From an uncultured virus (IMG/VR IMGVR_UViG_3300023179_000081) (taxonomy: Duplodnaviria; Heunggongvirae; Uroviricota; Caudoviricetes), in the IMG/VR virus record IMGVR_UViG_3300023179_000081: DNA of 64,000 nt, one strand, 5' to 3'. The notes beneath the pieces are model-generated. The model was not told the origin of the DNA and ran no database searches. It was given only the letters and a program-made list of their open reading frames with translations. A program made the position numbers and the translations under genes. Below, piece after piece: positions 49,559 through 59,512 of the stretch (position 1 is its first letter; each line of letters begins with the position of its first letter).

Positions 49559-49930
49559 TTAGGATGTCTTAGACTTCAAGACTTGAATAGCTTTCTTGAA
49601 TACTTCAGTCACTTCAGATTGTGTTCGCCCTTGGCCATCATTGTAATATGTTAGATCATATCCATTAGGTGGAAGTTGCTGATCAACGAGATCGTAAAAA
49701 TACGCATACTGAGACAATAGACCATTCTGAATTGCAGAACGCTCGATGGCTCCACCTCCACAAAACTTACATGCTGAAGGATCTGTTAATTCTACACTTT
49801 CGCCATCTGCATCAATCGCACTAGCATGCTGTATCCATCCATTTTCAATAAGACTGAGAGCTTCTGAAAGAACAATTGTGGCTTCGTAATCTGATGGTTT
49901 AATCTTCAATTCTTGATTGTCGGCGCTCAT
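49559..49930 (-). CDS. DUF6197-like protein
   Basis: GWIQ...CKFCGGGA...YND..GRT..EV..VF.KAI. Confidence 0.65.
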   Translation of the reverse strand: MSADNQELKIKPSDYEATIVLSEALSLIENGWIQHASAIDADGESVELTDPSACKFCGGGAIERSAIQNGLLSQYAYFYDLVDQQLPPNGYDLTYYNDGQGRTQSEVTEVFKKAIQVLKSKTS

Positions 49931-49934
49931 GTGT

Positions 49935-50273
49935 TTATTGCGCCTTTAGATTCTTGATAGTTGCATCGAGAACCGCAAGTACTTTTGCTTGCGTAGTATC
50001 CTTGAAGTCGTTGAAATCTACAATTTCACCATTATATTCATCAGGGATATTTGCCTCTAATGCAAGTTCTGCGCCTCTGTGACCAAAACCAGAATATGCC
50101 GCGCGGCATATTGCCCCATGCAAACAAAATTGACAAGCGATTCTGCTAAGAGGATACACAGCGCTTCCAGTCTTATCTCGTGCAAAAACGTCTTGTGTCC
50201 AGCCATTCGCGATTAAATCACGAGCTTCGATGAGAATTTTGATTGGTGATCGACTCGACTTTGGTTTACTCAT
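49935..50273 (-). CDS. DUF6197-like protein
   Basis: GWTQ...CQFCLHGA...FND...T...VLAVLD. Confidence 0.65.
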   Translation of the reverse strand: MSKPKSSRSPIKILIEARDLIANGWTQDVFARDKTGSAVYPLSRIACQFCLHGAICRAAYSGFGHRGAELALEANIPDEYNGEIVDFNDFKDTTQAKVLAVLDATIKNLKAQ

Positions 50274-50288
50274 GTCGTTATTATACCT

Positions 50289-50852
50289 TTAGATCGTGAG
50301 GATGGGAAAATCGCGCGGACGATCCGCTCGTACAAAATCACCATTGTCATCGAGTTCATAAAGTACGTTCGGAAGAATTCCGTCTTCTCCAACATATGCA
50401 ACTTTAACGCGATAGTATTTACCACTATTAAAATTAATGATCAAAGTTCCATTTTTGCCTGAAGCGCATTTTCCAAATTCATCAGAATCACTTACACCAC
50501 CTTCACCAGAAAAACTAGTTCCACGGTAACCAGAAATACTTCTTCCTTCGCGACCAGAAATACTCGTTCCAGCTTCACCTGACATACTTGTTCCATAATC
50601 GCCAGAGATACTTACTCCATCGTCGCCTAAAGTACTTCGTATACGTCCGCGATCATCCCAAGTGAAGTTAGGAGTTCGAAGGTGTTTTAGATCGTAACCT
50701 TCGACAACAAGCCATCTGAAATAGCTAAATTGCCCCTGGCGAATAGTTTCCAGTGCTGGATCGAGTCCTGCGTCCAATGCGGCCTTGACGAACGAGATAC
50801 CGTCATTGTAAGCGTCGTCTGCGCGAAGATTTTCGATGGTGATTTTTTTCAT
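50289..50852 (-). CDS. 8-aa Gly/Ser repeat protein (paralogue of 55875)
   Basis: SISGDYGT-type repeats; AYVGEDGILPNVLY. Confidence 0.75.
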   Translation of the reverse strand: MKKITIENLRADDAYNDGISFVKAALDAGLDPALETIRQGQFSYFRWLVVEGYDLKHLRTPNFTWDDRGRIRSTLGDDGVSISGDYGTSMSGEAGTSISGREGRSISGYRGTSFSGEGGVSDSDEFGKCASGKNGTLIINFNSGKYYRVKVAYVGEDGILPNVLYELDDNGDFVRADRPRDFPILTI

Positions 50853-51515
50853 TGTCGTTATTATACCTTGTGTTCGTGAGGGTTGGAAAAATTCAATTCT
50901 CTATACGCTATAATTTCTTCTTCTGAAAGATTACATTTCCAATATTTTCTATTTGGTTTCACTCCTTTGATTATCTTTTGGCATTTCAGGCATATTGCGT
51001 TGAAACATTTTTCTTCTTCTTCTGGAACATAATAAAAATCCCATTGATGTTGGCATTTATTAAACATCCTAAACAGTATTTTCTTTATCATGTTACTTTG
51101 TGTGTTTTGAATGTGAGAAAATCGCGCGGATTACCGTTTTTGTCTTTCAAACTGAATTTTAACATTACGCTTTTATTATACCCTCACGTTCTGAGGGTTG
51201 GAAAATTTTAAGGGACGGCTGAATATTAATGAAAATCACCGCCCCAACCTTATGATCGTCTCAATGATCGTCTCAAACACTACGAACTGCTTTTAAAACA
51301 CAAAAAGCATAAATGTGTTTGTCAACTAAGCGCCAAAACATCTCTCATGAATTAACGCTCTTCTTGCAGGGCTCATTACGAGCCGTGGATCGAGGGCATT
51401 GACATACCCCCAAATTGTTACGGGATCATTCCAATGAATTGGAGAAAGCGATAGAATAAATAATCAAGGCAATCAATCGCATCGCCGATCAAATCAATCA
51501 TGCCATAAACAATCA

Positions 51516-51887
51516 TCATTGGAGTTGTGCCTCTAGTTTTGTGATTGCTCGATCAAACATTCCCTGAATATCTTTTGCGGTAGTTTCCGGCAAGTCGTTA
51601 AAATAAGGAATCGACTTGTTGCCTTCAGGAAGTTCATTTTCTAACTTAGTCAATGCTAAAATGTCCCAGTTTGTTTCGCAAGGAATTGCTATTAGGTGAA
51701 ATGCAGTGTGCATCGCTCCCATAGCACAATAGCAAGTTGCTTCTTTACTTCCAATGCAAACATTCACACCGTCGGCATTGCGAGCGTAAAAATTTTGCGT
51801 CCAGCCCTTCTCTACAATAAGATTTCTGGCTTCCTGAAGAGCAATAAGTGCTTTGCGCATATCTTCGATTTCTTCTGTCGTTTCCAT
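51516..51887 (-). CDS. DUF6197-like protein
   Basis: GWTQ...CYCAMGA...FND.P.TT; start corrected. Confidence 0.65.
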   Translation of the reverse strand: METTEEIEDMRKALIALQEARNLIVEKGWTQNFYARNADGVNVCIGSKEATCYCAMGAMHTAFHLIAIPCETNWDILALTKLENELPEGNKSIPYFNDLPETTAKDIQGMFDRAITKLEAQLQ

Positions 51888-51931
51888 GTCTTTGTTATAC
51901 CCGACGTCCGTGAGGGTTGGAAAATCTTCGC

Positions 51932-52363
51932 TCATTCCTCAACCTCTACGAACGCTAGTTTCACGCGCTTCCCATGCTTGTTGCGCAGAAGAATTGGCGT
52001 ATCCCAACCATTATGTTGGATGTAGCCGTTACGTTCGAGGGTGTCAAATTTTGTAGCCATATCAAGTAAGTTTGCCCAACTGAGATCGAATTCGTCTGCA
52101 ATCTCCTGCATGGTTGGTGGTCTGAAGTTCTCAATTGTGAACTTCTCAAGAAACGCCAAGATATTTTCTTGGTATCTGTCTAGCACAACTACTTCAGCAT
52201 TTTTTAGATCGGCTGCCGCTTCGTAGAGTTCGTCTTGCCAGTACCCATGGTCAACGTACATGTTGTTGCGCTGTGCTTGACTTTCCCACTTGTTGGCATC
52301 AAGTGTCTTTTCGCATTGAATTACTTGACGTTTCGACCTGTCGTATCGTTCTTGCTTTGTCAT
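51932..52363 (-). CDS. protein with LexA-like N-terminal wHTH segment
   Basis: QENILAFLEKFTIENFRPPTMQEIADEF...LERNGYI resembles the LexA DNA-binding domain; no peptidase domain. Confidence 0.55.
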   Translation of the reverse strand: MTKQERYDRSKRQVIQCEKTLDANKWESQAQRNNMYVDHGYWQDELYEAAADLKNAEVVVLDRYQENILAFLEKFTIENFRPPTMQEIADEFDLSWANLLDMATKFDTLERNGYIQHNGWDTPILLRNKHGKRVKLAFVEVEE

Positions 52364-52557
52364 TATTCATCCCCGTAAAGCCTCATGCGCTTCTCTTCAA
52401 TCTTGCGATTTCGTCGCTCAGCTTTTCGTTCCTTATCTTCATGAGCACCAAACCCAGAGTACGAATTGTGTCCCGTAGGTGGAAACAGATTCACTTCTTC
52501 AGTTCGAGTTTTATTTCCCAAGGTTAAACGAATCTTGGTTTTAGCTTTCTTTGCCAT
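52363..52557 (-). CDS. small basic protein
   Basis: Leaderless ATG after element 52562. Confidence 0.65.
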   Translation of the reverse strand: MAKKAKTKIRLTLGNKTRTEEVNLFPPTGHNSYSGFGAHEDKERKAERRNRKIEEKRMRLYGDE

Positions 52558-52595
52558 GTCTTTATTATACCTTTTGTGTGTGAGGGTTGGAAAAA

Positions 52596-52913
52596 CTAAT
52601 TTTCCCAGCTAAGGACAAATAAATGGTCGGCCCAAGAAACTTTATAACCTAAGTCCATAAGAGTTTTGGTCACAATCTCTCTTGCTCCTTCAGACAAGGG
52701 TTGAACAATATTGCGCCATTGAACGTTAATAATCTCAAGTTTGTATTGGCCATCTCTTGCTCGTGCTTGACTGGATTCCAAAACAATATCTACAAAATTA
52801 CTTGAATCATTATGGTCTTTTTCATCTCTTTCGGTGCGCACACGATCTGCTATAGATCGTAGAGATTGCGCCGTAGGAGTTTTGGATTTTTTTTCGTCTT
52901 GGATTGGTAGCAT
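52596..52913 (-). CDS. hypothetical cassette protein
   Basis: Start corrected. Confidence 0.6.
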   Translation of the reverse strand: MLPIQDEKKSKTPTAQSLRSIADRVRTERDEKDHNDSSNFVDIVLESSQARARDGQYKLEIINVQWRNIVQPLSEGAREIVTKTLMDLGYKVSWADHLFVLSWEN

Positions 52914-52951
52914 GCCTTTATTATACCTTTTGTGTGTGAGGGTTGGAAAAT

Positions 52952-53467
52952 TCAATCATAAAACCGACGGACTACATATTGGAATACCCAATCCTCAAAA
53001 GGATAATCATTTTCATCAAAGTAGTTTTTGACAAAAGCTCCAGCGGCGGCTTCAGAAGTAAACCTGCCGGTGGACTTTTGACCCGCAAAGTCACACCATC
53101 CTCTTCGGTCTATATTAACCTCAATTACGTAGTATTCAGAAAAAGGAACCAGCATTTCATTGAAAAATTGCCGCGCGTCGGGCAATTTTTTGAATCTCCT
53201 ATTTGCTTCCCGCCCGTAGCCCGTATCATAGGTTACTTGGAACTCGGGTAATCGGTTGGGTTCCGGTTTTTCTTCCCATGCAGGCTGATATAAAAATAGT
53301 CGCAAAATCCTATTGCCATTTTCCACTTTTTGGCAAGCATTAAGTTTAGCAATTGCGTAATCGTTCCGCTCAATAAAAGTTACACCATTGTGAGTAACTT
53401 CTCTTTCCGCGAATTCAGTCTTTGAGTTGAATCTTGGCTTCCTAGTCGTATTCATGCCACTTTCCAT
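52952..53467 (-). CDS. hypothetical protein
   Basis: ORF track; stop abuts the next element. Confidence 0.65.
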   Translation of the reverse strand: MESGMNTTRKPRFNSKTEFAEREVTHNGVTFIERNDYAIAKLNACQKVENGNRILRLFLYQPAWEEKPEPNRLPEFQVTYDTGYGREANRRFKKLPDARQFFNEMLVPFSEYYVIEVNIDRRGWCDFAGQKSTGRFTSEAAAGAFVKNYFDENDYPFEDWVFQYVVRRFYD

Positions 53468-53904
53468 GTGATCATATCTTCCGTTTGTACAAACTCGCCT
53501 GTGCTTTCCTCATCAATAATGCGGTACTTCGTGCCTTCTTTAAGAACAGCAATTTGCATAACTGCATGCTCTCCATAAGCAAGCTCTTCCAACTCTTCAA
53601 CCACTTGAACAAGTGCAGGGTCTGTACGCTCAAATATGAAGCAAGACATCGTGTATTTCTTGTAAAGTTCTCGCGATAATCGTTGCTCATCTTCGGAAGC
53701 TTTTCTATATTCTCGCTGGTCAAAAATAATACCAACACGCTCTTCCGGTGATACCGTCCAGTATTCATTGACACCGCGCTTGTTTTTTTCTACGTAAAGC
53801 GGAATGCCTTTTAGTTCAGCATAGCGCTTCATTCCTTCTTCGCTAATGCCAAACACACCTGGCTCACTATTGTAGACGATCTTTACCATCTTCTCTGTGT
53901 TCAT
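53452..53904 (-). CDS. hypothetical protein (paralogue of the 54385 C-terminal domain)
   Basis: RYAELKGI...YWTV.PEER...R.DPALVQVVEEL. Confidence 0.75.
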   Translation of the reverse strand: MNTEKMVKIVYNSEPGVFGISEEGMKRYAELKGIPLYVEKNKRGVNEYWTVSPEERVGIIFDQREYRKASEDEQRLSRELYKKYTMSCFIFERTDPALVQVVEELEELAYGEHAVMQIAVLKEGTKYRIIDEESTGEFVQTEDMITWKVA

Positions 53905-53940
53905 GTGTTTATTACACCTTATATCCGTGAGGGTTGGAAA

Positions 53941-54321
53941 TTAATCCTTAGGCCTGATCTTTACAAACAATGACTCCAAAAGATCCTTTAGGAGACCTGT
54001 AGCAATTGCATAGATGATGAAAAATGCCCAGAGATGTGGGATGGTTGCTGGGCTGATCAAGAGATTGATAATCCACACAACAATAAAGAAAACACTAAGC
54101 GACTTAATCATACTCCAGGTCACTGCCAACTTCCTAGCGCCGCGAATTTGATCCCTAGTCAACTGACCGTCAAGGGCCTGGATTGCCGGGTGCCGCTTAT
54201 CTCTTGGGTCAGGGACAAATGCTTCTTCATCGTCTTCACCATTTATGTTAACCATGAGATTCATCTTAGGGGGAGCGTACTGATTGGTTTTATAGATTGG
54301 TTTTTGTCTTTCGTTCTTCAT
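53941..54321 (-). CDS. membrane protein
   Basis: Two TM segments; stop abuts the next element. Confidence 0.65.
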   Translation of the reverse strand: MKNERQKPIYKTNQYAPPKMNLMVNINGEDDEEAFVPDPRDKRHPAIQALDGQLTRDQIRGARKLAVTWSMIKSLSVFFIVVWIINLLISPATIPHLWAFFIIYAIATGLLKDLLESLFVKIRPKD

Positions 54322-54384
54322 GTCTTTATTATACCTTTAGATTGTGAGGGTTGGAAAATCTGGGCAGATGCGGTTCTCGAAGTT

Positions 54385-55059
54385 TTAAGCTACTAGCCAA
54401 TCGGTTTCGTCATAGATTTCTACGAATTCCTCCGCATATGGACTACTTATTCTGTATTTAGTACCTCGCGCGATTTCCACAATTCCCAACTCTGAGCGCC
54501 TTCCGTTAGCTTCTTCTCCTAATTCCTCCACTACTTGGACGAGTGCTGGGTCCGCACGGTAAATTTTTTCAGAGCACAAAATATAGTTGTTGTATAATTC
54601 AGCGGATAACTTGCGAGCTTCCCAAGTAGCCTGATTCCATTCGTAAATATTGTATAGTGCTCCTGTGCGCTCTTCCGGCGGCACCGTCCAATACCGCCAG
54701 CCTGTTAGTCCATCATCTTCTACCCATAGCTTGATACCTTTAAGCTCGGCATATCGGCGCAAACCTTTATCACTTAGGAGAAACATGTTGTCGGATTTGT
54801 TTATCACAATTTTTACCATCGGCGGGACTTCAGGTTCTACAAGAAACTGACACGCACGATCATGTTCTAAAATCTTGCCGTCTACCAGGTCTGCCATCAC
54901 GTAGTTTTCGCCAGAATCGTCGTTCGATATTGCCGTGATAAGTAGTGTATCCCGGTCTACGATGGGCCAAGCATCCGGTACTACGAAGTATTCCATAGCT
55001 GAAATATGCTGTCCGATAAACCGTGCAGCTTCGTTGGGGTTGATTTCGATAATTTCCAT
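54385..55059 (-). CDS. hypothetical protein
   Basis: GAGG leader; paralogue of 53452. Confidence 0.75.
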   Translation of the reverse strand: MEIIEINPNEAARFIGQHISAMEYFVVPDAWPIVDRDTLLITAISNDDSGENYVMADLVDGKILEHDRACQFLVEPEVPPMVKIVINKSDNMFLLSDKGLRRYAELKGIKLWVEDDGLTGWRYWTVPPEERTGALYNIYEWNQATWEARKLSAELYNNYILCSEKIYRADPALVQVVEELGEEANGRRSELGIVEIARGTKYRISSPYAEEFVEIYDETDWLVA

Positions 55060-55539
55060 TGTTTTTTCCTCGTGTTTATTCTACTCGGTGATTGTGAGTC
55101 TCAATTAGTCGTTATTATACCTTGGGTTCGTGAGGGTTGGAAAATTTAGTGTTGACATTCGAAGATGACCCATGCACCTGCGTAGCATCTGTCAAGTATA
55201 CCCGTTACTGCCAAAAGTTGGTCAAGATCGTCAAAAAGATTCATAATAAGAGCAAATGTAATGTCAACCATGAATGCGTGAATTAGTTTATAAACTTCAA
55301 GGCAACAAATGTATGTTCGCACTCCATCTCTTTCGCCGATTAATTGGCAATCGCTAAAATGAAAACAATAATCTCCGTGATCGAAAATTCTGTAGCCGCA
55401 GCCTGCAATAGCATTTGCGCCAATTTCCAAAAGCACATGATTAATTAACTTTACGGAGATATACGGGTCAATAGAATGGAAGTAAAGTAATCCTATCATG
55501 TCCCGGTGATTATTCGTAACTACAGTGGTCATTGTTTTG

Positions 55540-55812
55540 TTAGATTTTGTTGTCTTTAATGTAGCTTGCGATTGAGTCAAGGTCGTATGGTAAGCTAAGC
55601 TCAGAGAAATGCTGCTCTAACTCGCCCATCCACAGCGGCTCACCGTTTGTAGTGGCGAAGAAAGTACCATTTTCGCACTCATAAAGCCGAGCAGCTTCAT
55701 CAAATTGTTTTCCATTGTCGCAGATGAAACGGAATCGAGAGCCAACTGGGTAACTGCCGTTGAGAGATGAAGAACCGAAGTATTCGAGGTCGAGAGGGTA
55801 AGTATTGTGCAT
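55540..55812 (-). CDS. hypothetical cassette protein
   Basis: Follows element 55834. Confidence 0.6.
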   Translation of the reverse strand: MHNTYPLDLEYFGSSSLNGSYPVGSRFRFICDNGKQFDEAARLYECENGTFFATTNGEPLWMGELEQHFSELSLPYDLDSIASYIKDNKI

Positions 55813-55874
55813 AGCGGTTTGCCTTTGTGTCCTTTATTATACCTTTAGTTTGTGAGGGTTGGAAACCGCGCGGA

Positions 55875-56528
55875 TTAGGATACCATTACAAAATCACCAT
55901 CGTCATCTAGTTTATAGAATACGTTCGGAAGAATTCCGTTTTCTCCGACATATGCCGTTTTAATGCGGCAGCGTGAACCGCCCATAAACTCAATAACTAA
56001 AATTCCATTGTCGCCGGATGCGCATTGTCCACCATAACCCGAAGTACTTGTTCCACCATAGCCTGAAATACTCGTTCCATAGTCGCCAGAAGTGCTTTTT
56101 CCTTCGCGACCAGAAGTACTTGTTCCATGGTATCCAGAAGTACTCGTTCCATAGTCGCCAGAAGTGCTTTTTCCTTCGCGACCAGAAGTACTTGTTCCAT
56201 GGTATCCAGAAGTACTTGTTCCATGGTATCCAGAAGTACTTGTTCCTTCGCGACCAGAAGTACTTGTTCCATGGTATCCAGAAGTACTTGTTCCATGGTA
56301 TCCAGAAGTACTTTGAACGATTCCTTCCTCATTCCATGTGAAGTTAGGAGTTCGAAGGTGTTCTAGATCGTAACCTTCGACAACAAGCCATCTGAAGTAT
56401 TCAAATTGCCCCTGGCGAATAGTTTCCAGTGCTGGATCGAGTCCTGCGTCAAATGCGGCCTTGGCGAATTCAATACCGCTATCGCAAGCGTCGTCTGCAA
56501 TAAGATTTTCGATGGTGAGCTTTTTCAT
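55875..56528 (-). CDS. 8-aa repeat protein (TSTSGYHG repeats)
   Basis: Leaderless ATG; 24-nt tandem repeat. Confidence 0.8.
   Translation of the reverse strand: MKKLTIENLIADDACDSGIEFAKAAFDAGLDPALETIRQGQFEYFRWLVVEGYDLEHLRTPNFTWNEEGIVQSTSGYHGTSTSGYHGTSTSGREGTSTSGYHGTSTSGYHGTSTSGREGKSTSGDYGTSTSGYHGTSTSGREGKSTSGDYGTSISGYGGTSTSGYGGQCASGDNGILVIEFMGGSRCRIKTAYVGENGILPNVFYKLDDDGDFVMVS
56035..56312. repeat. 24-nt coding tandem repeat (~11-12 units)
   Basis: ccagaagtacttgttccatggtat and variants. Confidence 0.85.
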
Positions 56529-56567
56529 TGTGATTATTATACCTTGTGTTTTTGAGGGTTGGAAAAT

Positions 56568-57137
56568 TCAGGAAAGATACGTGCCTGCCGCAATGCAATC
56601 TTTAATCATGCTTCTAGTGCTGGCAGATACTGAATCGTACATATTCCATCCTTCAGCGTTAGTAAAAACATCACCATCAAATAAGCGAAGCACGCCAGCC
56701 TCGGCATTATACGCAACAGACTTTGTAACGCAAGTAGCAACAATGCCATCAAATGCTGGAGTTAATTCCGGGAAGTTAATAGCATTTCGAGCCGCTAAAA
56801 GCGCATATCTTGCCGAATCATTACAAGAAGCAAATTCGGATTGAGAAGCGTATAACTTCGCCCATTCGAAGGCAGAAGTTGGTTCCGATAATTGATCATA
56901 CTGATAACACAGAACTGAGCGATAAATATTATTGGCTTCTTTATTAAAATCTTCCAATTGATTTGCACTCAGTTCCTTGCCTGCAATACGTAAATTAAGA
57001 AGCCATACAGCGTGATCAATCACAAAGCCGACAACTGGGTAGATATTTCGATCTAAATCTAGTGCGAAGGTGAGAAGATATCGGTTAAATTTAGCATTGA
57101 TGATTAGTTGATCGGCGTTTTCTTCGGAAATGTTCAT
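56568..57137 (-). CDS. hypothetical cassette protein
   Basis: Leaderless ATG. Confidence 0.7.
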   Translation of the reverse strand: MNISEENADQLIINAKFNRYLLTFALDLDRNIYPVVGFVIDHAVWLLNLRIAGKELSANQLEDFNKEANNIYRSVLCYQYDQLSEPTSAFEWAKLYASQSEFASCNDSARYALLAARNAINFPELTPAFDGIVATCVTKSVAYNAEAGVLRLFDGDVFTNAEGWNMYDSVSASTRSMIKDCIAAGTYLS

Positions 57138-57595
57138 TGTCGTTATTATACCTTTAAATTGTGAGGGTTGGAAAAACAGTTAAGACCATGACTTCAGCTT
57201 AGGAATTTGATTTAGCATCCATAAGTATTCTGGGTTGTTTCTGTCATTAGCGCTCCAATACCGCGTTAGAAACATAAGAGTCCTAAGATCGTAGAATTTG
57301 ACACCAAGTTTATTTGCTTTAAACATGGATTCCAAAGCGGCTTTTACCCATGCTCTTGCTTTAGTGCTACCTTGAGTCAAAACAACTCGTTTTAAACTAA
57401 GGTCATCTACCCCGGTAACAACCCACTCTCCGCATACTATATTAGCGTTTAGGGAAAGCATGCCTGAATGTAGATTTGCTAATTCTTCTGAGTTACGAAA
57501 CTTATGTCCACAAGAATCAATGATAGGAAATTTCATCGCACGAACCGAAAGTGGCTTACCCAGGCTTTTTTTATGGTAAGATAAAGCTGTTGCCA

Positions 57596-57904
57596 TTAGA
57601 CAGTTGGCCACCCGCAATTGCTGCGCAACCCATTTTTGAGTGCGTCTGCCGCTTTCTTGCCATTTTTGAGACCAATTGGTGGCAAGTGAATGTCGTGTGC
57701 TTCATCCATAGTGATTTGGATGGCCCCGTTAGAATAAAGGGTAATGCTGACGACATCATTGATTAAAAATTTTGGGTGTGTATAGGTCATCCAGGAATTA
57801 GAAATACCCTTGACCAATTCCCAACCACTCCAATCGTATCCCTGAAATTCTTTTGGAACCTCAGTTCCGTCGGCGAGCGTGTTTGAGTTTTTGTATTTTC
57901 TCAT
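57596..57904 (-). CDS. hypothetical cassette protein
   Basis: Leaderless ATG. Confidence 0.65.
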   Translation of the reverse strand: MRKYKNSNTLADGTEVPKEFQGYDWSGWELVKGISNSWMTYTHPKFLINDVVSITLYSNGAIQITMDEAHDIHLPPIGLKNGKKAADALKNGLRSNCGWPTV

Positions 57905-57942
57905 TGTGCTTATTATACCTTGTTCGCTTGAGAGTTGGAAAA

Positions 57943-58572
57943 TTATGCTTCGATTAATTGTCGGAGTAGACCCGAAAAGTTAATATCACTCCACTTTACG
58001 CCAGTTTTACTATTTGGGGTGATGGCGATCAGTGCGCAAACCGCCCAATGAATTTTCAATTCAAAGATAGTATCATTATTATAATAATTGAGATAACTTA
58101 AAGTATGACTAAGGCCATATTTGATTGCGAACGAATGAAGTTCAGGAAAGTCATAGTTGTCACGTTCAGGCTCAAGATTTGTGATCATAGCATCCCAATC
58201 ATCACCTACTCCTTCTTAATCTGCAATCGGCTGGTATTGCTTTAGCAACTCCCACACAAAAGCAACAATCAGCGTGAGTCTCTTTTTCTCCTTTTCTTTA
58301 TCGCGACCAGTACCAGCCGCAAGCGGAAGAAATGCCTTCCACTTCTTAGTGTTTCGCATCCTGCCGGGCATTTCATCCTGCATTCTGACAATAAATTCTC
58401 CAATAACATTACTCATATAATCTGGAGTTACGTCAGTGTGAGTGCCAGTGACCGCGAGATTAATTGCAACGATGGAGCAGACTGATGTTTCGGTTTCCGT
58501 GCCACGTGAGAGTGTTTGCCCGACTAAGAAATCCGCGATCTTCTTTTCTTGTGCTTCAGTGATGGTGCTCAT
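57943..58572 (-). pseudogene. paralogue of the 48124 gene split by an in-frame TAA (58216-58218)
   Basis: QPIAD*EGVGDDWDAMITN vs QPIADKDGIGDDWLAMITD; ORFs 58216..58572 and 57943..58188 are in the same frame. Confidence 0.75.
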
Positions 58573-58625
58573 GGGATTATTATACCTTGTGTTCTTGAGA
58601 GTTAGAAAAACGCGCCAGATTAAAT

Positions 58626-59087
58626 CTAGACCGGCACCTTCATGCTACATACAAGTACTTGTCCATCTAGCAAAATCGCTTTAATACATGCAAGATAGAC
58701 TTTTACCATATATGCGTTATCGCCCCATTTATCTCGCGCCAGCGTTTCAGTGGTCGCGTTGTATTCAAAAACATCAGTGGGATGGCCATGAGCATCCAGA
58801 TGCTCTTTGACTTCAGGCCCAGTGTATGCAAGCACATAGTCGCCACAAATTTCGAAGATACCATACTTTTGTAACACCGCGCGATAGTGCTCTTTGAAGA
58901 ATGATCCCCGCTCACGCAACTTATTAGCGGTTTCAAGTTCATCCTCAAATTTTCGTTTACTGAACCACGAGAATACTAAACCTTCGTTGATATTATGGTC
59001 AATACGCAAGTCCAATTCAAACAAGCTCTTTCCGTTTTCGAAGAGTTCCATCTGATTTGGTTCGTATTTAAAAGTTTTATCGCTCAT
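58626..59087 (-). CDS. hypothetical cassette protein
   Basis: Leaderless ATG. Confidence 0.65.
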   Translation of the reverse strand: MSDKTFKYEPNQMELFENGKSLFELDLRIDHNINEGLVFSWFSKRKFEDELETANKLRERGSFFKEHYRAVLQKYGIFEICGDYVLAYTGPEVKEHLDAHGHPTDVFEYNATTETLARDKWGDNAYMVKVYLACIKAILLDGQVLVCSMKVPV

Positions 59088-59125
59088 GTGATTATTATAC
59101 CTTGTTCGCTTGAGAGTTGGAAAAT

Positions 59126-59512
59126 CTAAATGACTTTGTTAATTACGATTTCAAAACCACCATAATAACCATTGTGTTCATTGTGATTTGCAAAAGAAAT
59201 GTTGCCACGATCAGTGATGATTACCAAGAATTGAATTGCACTAGAATGTGAATCCATCATATCAAATTCATCATCGACCCATTCTTCCGTTGCTTCTCGC
59301 AATTCTATTGAGAGAAAAGTTGCGCCTACATATTCGTCCAGACCATCATCTGTGGTCATATAGCGCCTTTCACAGCAACTTCGCTTGCTGTCGTAGATGT
59401 CAAACAGATTGTCACCAATAGAGAGCCTAAGTACACTATAATCGCCTGATTGACCAAGGACAATTGACGTGATTTTTCGGCCAGATAATTCATTGAGATC
59501 TTCTAATTGCAC
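59126..59512 (-). CDS. conserved-looking phage protein (SCCE...HNGYYGG)
   Basis: Leaderless GTG; SCCERRY and NEHNGYYGGF motifs. Confidence 0.7.
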   Translation of the reverse strand: MQLEDLNELSGRKITSIVLGQSGDYSVLRLSIGDNLFDIYDSKRSCCERRYMTTDDGLDEYVGATFLSIELREATEEWVDDEFDMMDSHSSAIQFLVIITDRGNISFANHNEHNGYYGGFEIVINKVI

